Positions 50,017 through 60,913 of a DNA stretch of 64,000 nt are shown here, in pieces. Each line of letters starts with the position of its first letter. Position 1 is the stretch's first letter. Below the pieces are notes generated by a model that saw only the letters and a program-made list of their open reading frames with translations, was not told the origin of the DNA and searched no databases. Source of the stretch: Camelus dromedarius (taxonomy: Eukaryota); assembly GCF_036321535.1 (NCBI RefSeq), contig NC_087437.1, positions 32,366,001 through 32,430,000 of the forward strand. The letters are read 5' to 3'. A program made the translations under genes and the position numbers.

Positions 50017-53000
50017 GTATAGCTTGAATCTGTGTTCTAAATCAAGGAGGTAAGTAAGATTTAATCTCAACTAACAGGTGCACTATCTTCATCTATATAA
50101 CTTTCCTTTTATGAAGTAAGTTCTCTTCCCATGTGAACATTATTTACAACATTAGAACAATGATAGGGATATCCATACTTGTTAAATGTGGTTTGGTTTG
50201 GAAAAACTACTCAAAGTTAACTACAAACATTTGACTACAATTCAGAACTGTTATAAATTCAAGATTGTTGCTGTTCATGAGGCATTTTTAAACAAAATTG
50301 TATCCCTGAGTTATAATTTCCAATTTGGTACAATAAATAAATAAAGTTCAATATCTATTTTTTCACTGTTCCATGTCCTTGGTAATACATGTATGACTAT
50401 CTCATAAACCTTTTTGAAATAAAGAAACAAAAAAATCCTCTATTTAATTTTCTCAATATTACATTTGTTAAAAAACATTTTCCCCTTATCTTTTTACTTT
50501 TTTCAGTCATTTTAATTTACTGTATATCACTGTTTTTTTTTTAATTTGGCTAATTTAGTTATTCCAGATAGCTGTTTGTTTGTCTTTTATTGCATTCTGT
50601 CCATAACAACGTCTACAGCCCCACAGACAAATTCTGATCTTAAGCCATTTGAAAGAAGCGTGAAAGCCCAACAAAATCATAATTGTCCCCTAATGTGGAA
50701 AGGAAGACTTGTGCATTTTTCAACAATAAAAATAGACTTCTAGCTAGAGACTTCTGGATAATGTATAGAGCTGGGTCTCCTACATGCACTACCTTCCCTC
50801 AATACACATGACCCTCCCTCTGAATCAACCACTATTTATTAATGATCTGCTCTTTCACTTATTCATGGTTTGGGGCCTGCTGGCAGAGACTTTGGCCCAC
50901 TCACATGATACTACTTATAAGACAGAATGTGGGTAATTTCAAGGCTTAGATGGCCTTTCAGTATTAGGACTGACAGATGAGATGTTGTAATACATTTGCA
51001 AAATTTGATGAAAGCCGAAAAGAACATTCTCAGATAATAAAGTATGGCCCAAGTCCAGACAGCCAGCTGTGAGCTTGATTCTTTAAAAATGATTTACATG
51101 GTCCAATTGCACTGTCTCTACAATTTTCTTTTTACACATCAGTCTGGATCTAGATTATATATACGTAAGATTTATTTGGTGATTTTTCTTCATTTTGATT
51201 TATTATTACACTATTTGGACTCAACTTTCTCTGAAATGTCTTCTATGAAAAATGATGTAAAACTTATTGCATTTATTATACTTAATGATAAACCTTTCAG
51301 TAAATTCACCAGTGTAAAAAAATGATCAAAATAACATATATTTAATTTAATACAATACATGCTTTTTCTATAAGAAATTTTACATGCACAAAAATCCCCA
51401 AGATTTTGGCCTTTATCTAGGGCAACCTGCTTTCAGCAGGAGACTAGTTTGAATCAACTGTTTTCCCTTTTACATTAGCATCAAAATTCTTACATGAACC
51501 TCATGGTTATCTGTGAGACATGATAGAGAAAGACAAAATCTAACCATTATTTTTAGTTAGAAGGTTTAGATACTTTTCCTTATTTGATTCTACCTCTTCT
51601 GCATAGGATTTAAGTGTTTTATTTCTCTTACCAAAAAAACAGTTTATAAAATCTAATTCTCAACTGACTTTTTGTGGTCAGATATATACTCCTAAATGTT
51701 GTGGAATGGCTTAATCAATTTAAAATGCTTCCCAAATCCCTGGTCATGCCGTAAGACATGTAGTTCTCAGTTGGGGATGAATTAAAAGGGTTAACATATC
51801 TTTTCAAGTTAATCAAGACTCAATTTGAACTAACTCAATTCTTTCCCAGCAATTTAATGCTTCCATTTTTTACCAGTGACCTGAAAATATTTGATTTCAT
51901 AGATGCCAATGTAGACAAAAAGCCTAAAACACCAAAGAATTGGTTTTCATTGCAATGGCAGCTTGTTCATCTTGTTTAAGCTGGTTAGTAAAGTTCACAT
52001 TTCCATGTCTAACATTCCAAATTTTATACTCGTGCAATTTATGTTGCCATGGAATGTTTAAGTTTATTTTCTTGACCTGTGATTAAATTTAAAATTTTGA
52101 TTATTTCTCCTATAATTTATTTTGAAACCAAAAGCCCCACATTTTCATAAATCTTTTAAGAGTTTGGAAATATGCTACCATAAAATTACCTACTTATATA
52201 TTTTACAGTTCAACAAACAAAGCAAAAACAATCCATAGCATTAAAAACAAACAAATCTGAAGATGCTTAATTTAGGTGAGGAGGCATCCTAAACTAAGGG
52301 TTTTTAAAAGCCCTTACCAAATAAATGGTATCATTTGTATGTAATTGAGAATGTAATTGTTATTCAGAAGACGACAAATTGTGTTTTTAAAGGAAACGAA
52401 CCTTCCCATATTTTTTGTAAAAGAGAACATCACTTAAATTCAACCCTATCCCAATACATCACCTTCATTTTGACCTTCACCAGGGAAAGTTAGACTAACT
52501 GACAAGTAAATGTTCAGCAGAAAAGGGAGGAAGCAGTGGCAGAGGGGAGAGTGTGGGTAGGGGGAGCTAAGGAGCCTTCACTGGGTAAAACACTAAGGTC
52601 ACACAAATGAACCACTGAGCCAAAACAGCTGAGCTCAGAATGGTGGGTATTTCACATCAACTCATCACATCGTAGCGTTGAGTTTTGGTTCAGGTTCCTT
52701 TTTTATTTCTGTTCCCCTTTGAAAGCTGAAACTTATTCAGAACTGCAATTTTTACAATAAGTCAGGGAAATATTAAATGGTCAATTTATTTAACTTTGAA
52801 AATATCAATGATTTAAAATTTGTTAACCACCCTATTGGCTTTGTTTTGTATATATAGAAGCCTTCATTTTCATGTTTCTTACTCATTAGCGGAAAGTCCA
52901 TTTATCATGATTCCAACATTATTGTTACAATGTAACAGAAATTCACTGAACAATTACAGAGTTTCAGATCCCACTCACTGCTGGCAGCTGCACTCTAATC

Positions 53001-54683
53001 GCCAACCGTTAAACCTGCGTTTGGTCACTAATACACTGAAACATTGCTAATGACATGGAGGTATGACAAGATAAGACCAGCCTCATAATGAATGACTCCA
53101 CAAAAGCAAAGTGGCAAAAGTAATTATAGAATCACATGGACTGCTGGCCTTGAATTGTCATGGACATCCCATTTCATGTTCAGCTAAAACAACTCAGAGA
53201 TAACCTTATGTTCAGCAGGAGCAGAGGTTGTATCACAGATGTACTTCAACTGACACATGCTTCTGTCTCAAGAACTAATTGTTCTATAGGAAAACATCTT
53301 TAATTTCTTTATTACTGAGACAAATTAAACTGTTTTCCACATTCATATTGCATCCTGACTACACAACAAGCCCTGTGGAAATAGGAGTAAATTATTTTTA
53401 AATGTTTTAATAATCTTTAAAAAAATTATACTGGGTTTTATTAAATACTACCGAGTATGACCAACATCCAATGCATTCTGTAAAACGTTGCAAGAAGCTT
53501 TAACTTATACATGATGTGTAACTAGCATAATCACAAAAAACCATTGAGTGTATTTAAATATGTCAAATGTTTAATCTGATACAATTATAATCAGGAAAAA
53601 TTTCATCAACAAGTTGAATAAAGATGCTGATAAGCTGTATATAAATATTTTAAATTACTTAATGTTTTAAATATATATTTCAATGCAAATAAAAATCAAG
53701 TGAGCAAAATAATAAAATTAGTCCATAATTCTATTAGTCTTAACATGGAAAACTGAAATTTTATTTTTTAACTAAGCAAAAAAAGAACTGCTTCACTGAG
53801 GCCGCAGTGCAACAGCCCAGTTGGTCCATCATAAAACTGAGCCTCACAATCCAGCGCATGATATTGTCACTTTTCTCCAGATGGACATTTTTCTCCACAG
53901 CCCATTAATAGACACTGTCAAGGCGTTGATAAACACCAGAATCTAAGCATATATATCAATATAGTCTGTTCTGTGACGGGAGGGGGAAAAAAACTGAAAT
54001 AACCACAAATTCTAAATAGACTTACTGCTATGATAATCTCTACAACAAATGCAACACGTCAAGGCATTTCTAAACATTAACCATTTGTTTGAGTTCTAGT
54101 CCTAAAATAGCATCATCCTAATCTTATCAATTTGAGGCTGAGAAAAAACCATAAAGTCATGGATTTGTTTGCTCTTGTAGCACATGCAATTCCAATTACT
54201 AGTTCATCACTGAAAAACACTGTTTTTTAAGTTAAAATTAATAGGAAGTGACAAATGAGACATAGTAGAGTCAGGGTAAGAAATTTATAAAGGAAAGAAA
54301 AATGTTGCCAAGGCATAGCAAAGGGTAAAAGGAAGTTGCTGAGTTCTGGAAAAATACTTGATATAGGAAACTGTTTTGTATAGAGCATATTTATTGCATA
54401 TTAAAGAATTTTACACAGACCTGCACGTTAAGCTTTTGCTAGGAAGAAAGTATCATTCTTTTTTCTTATTTTGCCTCAGACAGCAAGAAAAACAGAGCCA
54501 AAATTGGAGCCCACAGCTGCAAACTGACAAGATCTTGTAATATGTTTGTTTTATTTTTTAATTCACCTTTCCTTGGTTTCATTTTACTTTTTCATATTAT
54601 ATCTATTTATTTTACCTTATCCTATGTACTTTGATAAACTGCTTCAAATTCCTCTTAGAAAGAAGTGGCCACAAGTTCCCTAT

Positions 54684-54931
54684 CTATCTCAATGAATCTA
54701 AGTCTCCCTTTATTGTAAAATGCACCATTTGTGTATGTGCCACTAAAAGGGGGGCAAAAACCAACAAGGAGCACAGTGCCTATTGAACTCCGACACATCA
54801 TCAATTATAAGATGCATCCTGATTTCAGAGATGATAAAAGTGAAACAAAAGGTCCATCTTTCATGAGATCTGGTGCGTTCAGGGTGGTATGACCGTGGAC
54901 AAAAGTCCATCTTTGAATCAGTGAAATACAG
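54684..54931. mobile_element. MER104-like Tc2 DNA transposon, interrupted by a 5S fragment
   Basis: Terminal motifs ctatctcaatgaatctaag and gaatcagtgaaatacag; internal taagatgcatcctgatttcagagatg. Confidence 0.7.
54863..54900 (-). pseudogene. 5S rRNA 5'-fragment retropseudogene (nt 1-38), tailless, with 14-bp TSD
   Basis: The reverse complement GTCCACGGTCATACCACCCTGAACGCACCAGATCTCAT matches mammalian 5S GTCTACGGCCATACCACCCTGAACGCGCCCGATCTCGT at 33/38. TSD aaaggtccatcttt (54848-54861) / aaaagtccatcttt (54901-54914). Confidence 0.9.
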
Positions 54932-56155
54932 AAACCTCATTCTCATTCGTGTATTTGTAAGTATTCATTGACAGTTTAATTTTGCTCCAGGCTTTAGAGG
55001 ACAAAGCCAAGAATTCAAATTGTGTAGATGGGCAAGACGTTAGCCATCATCATGTCCTACCCTCTTGTTTTACAGATGATGATATGCAGAAGAGAAGATG
55101 TCATCTGAATCCTTAAGAAACTTATTATCTCATTGCAACTTCAGTGATCACAAGACAATTTAATGTGCATTGACTGTCCATCAGTTACTCAGAGAACGGG
55201 GTATATTTACCACAAATGTGTATATTGAGACTAAAACTAAACCTAAACTTACAAAGATTTTTCTATGAAAAAAGACATCAACTAAGTATTCTCTTAGATC
55301 TCATTTTTTTCTGCAAAATATAAGCTATTTTCATTTCTGGTATCTCAATTATTATTAAAGAGCCCAAATCATTATTTTTTAAATGATTAAACTCTGTTGC
55401 GTAGTTAATTAGTTAATGTTAGTGAAACATCTAAGCAGAAAGTGGGAAAAGCAATCTCATGTAGGAGAATCCCATGTTGTAGAGAGAATTTGACTCCTTG
55501 GGTTCTTCATATCGAGAATAAAATTAATTTTACGTGGATTTTGTGACACTCTAGTACAAGTGAAGAATAAAATTTCTCTTGAACTTATAGTGTTATGTAT
55601 GGATACAGAGAAGAGGAGTCATTTAAGTCAGAATTTCTGATTTTTGTTAAATGGTGGGTATGAAAAGATTTTCATTTTTCCTCACTTAAGGATTATGATA
55701 CATTATCTTTATCCGTGTAACATTTTTAACTGAATGATAAATGTTATAAACATATCTTTAAAACTTCAAGCTACACTAGTCATAACAGAGACAATCCAGT
55801 ATCATTCATATATATATTGAAAGACTTCCATACTGAAATAAAATCTGAATGTAAGATAATTGGCAATAAGAATATTTGGAAGTGAATAGTGACTTTGCCT
55901 GAACACACAACATTTAAACATTAATGATGGTAGAAAACTAATTAGTAAAATTTAATTGGATATATGCAAAGTGGTATAATGAGAAGAGTTAAAGCATATT
56001 TAATTTTTAATCCAAATCCAAACTCTGAAGTGGAAAACCAACTAAAACCAATCACTGTAAAAGGTAGAGACTGACACATTTTAAAGATTGCCCTATTAGC
56101 ACACAGAATGAATTGATGTCTAAAATTAAATACAATATATTCTCTTGTGCTTTAA

Positions 56156-56156
56156 A

Positions 56157-56183
<27 letters not shown>
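56156..56183. repeat. (CA)n microsatellite
   Basis: Direct reading of the sequence. Confidence 0.95.
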
Positions 56184-56188
<5 letters not shown>

Positions 56189-56574
56189 CAATTATCTAAA
56201 TTGCTTAAAGACAAAAATTTGAAATGGAAGAGTAGACAAATGTATATGGAAAATGACTGCATGGAATATAGTTTGAAAAATTAATTTTATTATATGCAGA
56301 TAAGCACCCACAGCAAGCCATTCAGGGGACCAGAGAAACCTAGAAAGCAGCGAAGGTAAAAGGAGACATGTCAGAAGTAGTGCCCAATTTCACAGAATCT
56401 GATATCGGGGCAATATGATATGGAAGTCAAAAAGGTCGGTGCTATTTCAAGGAATGTATGTTACAGACAAGTCGAGAGTCTCTCTCTGTACACATGATAC
56501 TGAAACCACACCCAGAGCTCAGAGCAAAGGAAAAGGTCCTCTTCAGAGGATCACAATCCTCGCTGCATAGTATG

Positions 56575-56715
56575 ATCATTGGGGAACTTTAAAATACTGA
56601 TGCCTGGGCCCCCACACCAGGGACTCTCACTGATCTGGGGGTGGGCCCTGGGCATGAGGACTTTTTGAAGCTACCCCAGGGGATTCTAACGGGCATCGAG
56701 TGTTGAGGACCTTGG
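56575..56715. mobile_element. MER5A1-like DNA transposon
   Basis: ggggaactttaaaaatactgatgcctgggcccc...ctgggcat...ccccaggggattctaa. Confidence 0.75.
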
Positions 56716-56899
56716 TTTGGAAAGACCTTGAAGCACTTTTTTCTTGCCCTTAACTGGTTCTGCCTTTTGCTGATTGGTAAGTGTGTATCTTTTTCTTGCA
56801 AGTGAATGTAATTTTTCATTCCTGCCTGATATTGTTCAAAGTGGAAATGTGGAGTTTGTGCACAACATGAGTAAAAGACAATGTCAAGATTATAAGTCA

Positions 56900-56980
56900 G
56901 ACTGGGACATTGTGCTGTACACCAGAGATTGACATATTGTAACTGACTGTACTTCAATTAAAAAAGAAAAAGAAAAAAAA
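56900..56980 (+). mobile_element. Extremely 5'-truncated young L1 (~60 nt of 3'UTR plus A tail) with perfect 14-bp TSD
   Basis: gactgggacattgtgctgtacaccagagattgaca...tacttcaatt matches the 3' end of the L1 at 26425-26488. TSD aagattataagtca at 56886-56899 and 56981-56994. Confidence 0.9.
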
Positions 56981-57224
56981 AAGATTATAAGTCACAGATG
57001 TGTTATCTTAAGCACCACGATCAAGTCTGCAATGTTTCCCAATATCTTCTCTGTATGATGGACAATTATGCTAAGTATTGAGCATTAAAAATGTCTAGCT
57101 TTATGGCTTCTCAGCAGGGAAATTAAAATACAACATAATAAAATATGTGTTGTATTTCTCAGGTTGTTAGTGGCAACAGAAACAACTCTAATTTAGACAG
57201 AAAAGAAATTCTTCAAAGGTTTCT

Positions 57225-57990
57225 CTTCACAGCAAAGGAAACCATAAACAAAATGAAAACAAAACCTATGGAATGGGAGAAAATACTTGCAAATGATGTG
57301 ACCAATAAGGGATTAATTTCCAAAATATACAAACAGCTCTTACATCTTAATATCAAAAAAAAAATCTAAAAATGGGCAGAAGACCTAAATAAACATTTCT
57401 CCAAAGAAGACATACAGATGGCCAATAAGTACATGAAAAGATGTTCAACATCACTAATTATTAAACAAATGCAAATCAAAACTAAAATGAGTTAACTATC
57501 ACCTTACACCTGTCAGAATGGCTATCATCAAAAAGTCTACAAATAATGAATTCTAGAGAGGGTGTGGAGAAAAGGGAACCCTCCTATACTGTTGGTGGGA
57601 ATGTAAACTGGTGCAGCCACTATGGAGAACAACATGGAAGTTCCTTAAAAAAACCAAAAATAGACTTAACATATGATCCAGCAATCTCACTCCTAGGCAT
57701 ATATCTGGAGAAAACTCTGATTCAAAAAGATATATGCACCCCAGTGATCATAGCAGCACTATATACAATAGCCAAGACATGGAAGCAACCTAAATGTCCA
57801 TGGGCAGATGAATGGATAAAGATGATATGGTATATGTACAATGGAATACTACTCAGCCATAAAAAAGAATGAAATAATGCCATTTACAGCAACATGGATG
57901 GACCTAGACATTATCATACAACGTGAAGTAAGTCAGACAAAGATAAATATCATATCACCTATATATGGAATCTTTAAAAATGATGCAAAT
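57225..57990 (+). mobile_element. Older L1 ORF2 3' fragment, interrupted at 57990 by a younger L1
   Basis: ORF remnants TAKETINKMKTKPMEWEKI and [11 protein letters not shown]...KTWKQPKCP; the 3'UTR stops abruptly after tttaaaaatgatgcaaat. Confidence 0.9.
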
Positions 57991-59613
57991 GGAGAGGAGC
58001 CCAAGATGGCAGAGTAGAAGGACGCTCGTAGCTCACCCTCTCCCACAAATGCACCAAGACTCACATCCACAGACCCACTCAGCCAACCAGGGCACCTGCA
58101 GAACTCTGACAGAACATCATCCTCTTCAAAAGATAGAGACGCCAAAAATCTGGTAGGGGAAAAGGAAAAAAGAAACAAGAAAAGGCAAAACAGAGCGGGA
58201 TGGGTCCCACGGGGAGAGAGAGGCAAAGGAGGACTGATGCTCGCTCACTGGCTCTCCCCTCTCCAACCGAGAGGCCAGCAGGACGGAGAGGCAGCCTCCG
58301 AGGCTTGGATCTGTACAGAGCAGCCCTTGACCAACAGAACTAAGTTAAACAGGCACAGAGGGTCCCCGCGACACCCAGCCCAAGATGCAGCCCAGCAGCT
58401 GGGGGCAGGGCCACGCTGGCCAGGCTGCCCAAGCCGGGCGGAGGACGGGGGCGGCTGCACTGAGGCAGCCCCAGGAGACTGCAGGGGGCTGCGGCGCCGT
58501 GACTGTGGGTGCACAGGGCAGAACAACCTGGGCCCTCCATAAAACAACACGGCTGATGTGCCCTGGGGGGAAGGGTGCACACCCCCATCTCTGAAAACCC
58601 GCGGAAAGTTTTCGGGTGAAGAGAGGCGGGGCTCAGGCACAGCCGCCATATCCTCTGGCACTTAGCACCCAGGCGGGGGCGGGGGCGAAAACTGTATCCC
58701 CACCTAAGGACTTAGCAGCCTCAAGGGCCGGACAGAGACTTGTCTACAGCCCGAGGCAGATAGGATCCTTCTGTCCTGGTCCCTCAGAGAACTTGCTCTG
58801 CCAAGACAAACAAGGAGCTGGGTTCTGGCCCGGAGCAGGGACAAGGCTGCTCCTCGGTCTTCCCGGAGCCCGCCTGCGGAGCACCGACCTGAGGCAGAGC
58901 ACGCAGCGGAGCAACCGGTGCCGGGAGAGGGCGGGTGGACCCCTGCCTTTTGGGCAGGAACACAGACCCTGACCACAGTGCTGGGAGGGGGCATGACCCG
59001 CCCTCCTAACTGGCCAGTCTGCAACATCTGACTGCGGCATCGGGAGGGGCAGTGACCCGCCCGCCCACAGCAAAGTAGAGCTGCACCTGACCCAGTGTTG
59101 GGAGGAGGTGCGATCTGCTTGCCAACTGACACTGAGAGCAGCACAGACGAGGGCGCCAACGGAGGGCCTCTGGAAACAGCAAGGTGAGCTTCAAAAACAG
59201 GACGAAGACAAAAAGATTTCACATTAAAAGCACAGTCTCCAGGAGAACACCGACCCCCCCACCTTTTTTTTTTAAATCTGTTTTATTTTATTTATCTGTT
59301 CTATTTTCTATTACCCTTTTAATTTTTACTTCTTAAACAATTATATATACCCCCAGTTTTAATCCCTTTAAAATCTTTTTAAAATATTTTTATTATTATT
59401 TTTTAAAAATTCTGCTTCAACTTGCTCTTCTATTATTCATTATACACTGTTTTCAAACCTTTTTTCTCCCTTCTTTTAAAATTCTTTCTCTCTCTCTCTT
59501 TTTTTCTTTTCTAAGTTTTATTCCTACATAGGCATTAGATAGATAAACTCCTCAAGGACCACAATAGATAACTGATACTCCATAAACCACAGTGCCAGAG
59601 AGGTAGGAGCAAG
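57991..59613 (+). promoter_or_regulatory. L1 5'UTR internal promoter with YY1 motif CAAGATGGC (58002-58010)
   Basis: YY1 motif near the 5' end, as in other mammalian L1s; CpG-rich at ~58200-59200. Confidence 0.75.
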
Positions 59614-60511
59614 ATGAAGAAGCAGAGAAATCATTCCCAATTAAAAGAACAAGAGAAATCTCCTGAAAGAATGATCAATGAAGTAAACATCGATAGCCTA
59701 CTAGATCAAGATTTCAAAACAGAAGTGATCAAAGTACTGAAGGAACTAAAAGAGAGAGTGTTTAGAGATATAAAATATGTCAAAAATGAAATTGAAGCTG
59801 TAAAGAAGAACCAAGTAGAACTGGTAAACTCATTGGCTGAGATGAGGAATGATCTAAAGGCTGTGCAAAGCCAACTAGATAATGCAGAGGAACGAATTAG
59901 TGACCTAGAAGACAGGACAATAGAAAGCACCCAGTCAGAAGAGCTACAAGATAAACAAATAAAAACAAATGAAAATAGCATAAGGGACCTATGGGATAAT
60001 ATAAAGCAAGCATGCCAATCTTCACATAATAGGGGTCCCAGAAGGGGAAGAAAGATCAAAGGGGATTGAAAAGGTTTTTGAAGAAATCATGACTGAAAAC
60101 TTCCCGAACTTAAAGAAGGAGTCAGATATCCAAGTACAGGAAGCTCAGAGGGTCCCAAACAGGAAGAACCCAAATAGACCCACACCAAGACTTAAATCAT
60201 AATCAAGATGGCCAGAGTTGAAGATAAAGAAATGATCCTAAAGGCAGCAAGAGAAAAACAAAGAGTCAGTTACAAGGGAACCCCCAAAAGGCTCTCAGCT
60301 GATTTCTACACAAACACTACAGGCCAGAAGGGAGTGGCAAGATACATTCAAAGTCCTGAATGAAAAAAAGATGCAGCCTAGGATACTTTATCCAGCAAGG
60401 CTATCCTTTAGGATAGAAGGAGAGATAAAGAATTTCACAAACAAGAAAAAGCTACAAGAGTTTAGCAACACTAAACCCATGCTAAAAGAAATACTGAAAC
60501 GTCTACTCTAA
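59614..60511 (+). pseudogene. L1 ORF1p (coiled-coil RNA-binding protein), frameshifted
   Basis: MKKQRNHSQLKEQEKSP...AEERISDLED...ENSIRDLWDNIK; 4-bp duplication (aagcaagc, ~60004-60011) and further indels; stop at 60509-60511. Confidence 0.9.
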
Positions 60512-60913
60512 ATAGAAAAGTAACAGGATGCTACAGAAATGAGAAACTCACAACTGGAAAGGTGATAACTCATGAATTACAAATAAACTAAACACGATAT
60601 TATAAAAGAAGACATACAAATCACTGAGAGTGGGAGAGGGAGGCAGGATAACATAGAATTTTTTTTTCTTTTTTAAATTTTTTGTTCACGGTAGGATGGG
60701 TTTGAGATCATGCTACTATCAGTTTAATAAAAACAGTTATACTAATGGGCTAATAGACTTACAAAAAAGGGTAACCACAAGCCAAAAACTTACAAGGGAG
60801 TCACAAAAAATAAATAAAACCCATGATAACACAAAGGAATATTACTAAACCATAAAAGGAAGAAGAAAGGAACAAAGAGGATATACCAATTCAACTGCAA
60901 AGATAAGTTCAAA

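Noticed and set aside
54863..54900. Functional 5S rRNA gene
   Set aside because: Only 38 of ~120 nt are present; it lacks the internal control region and is flanked by TSDs.
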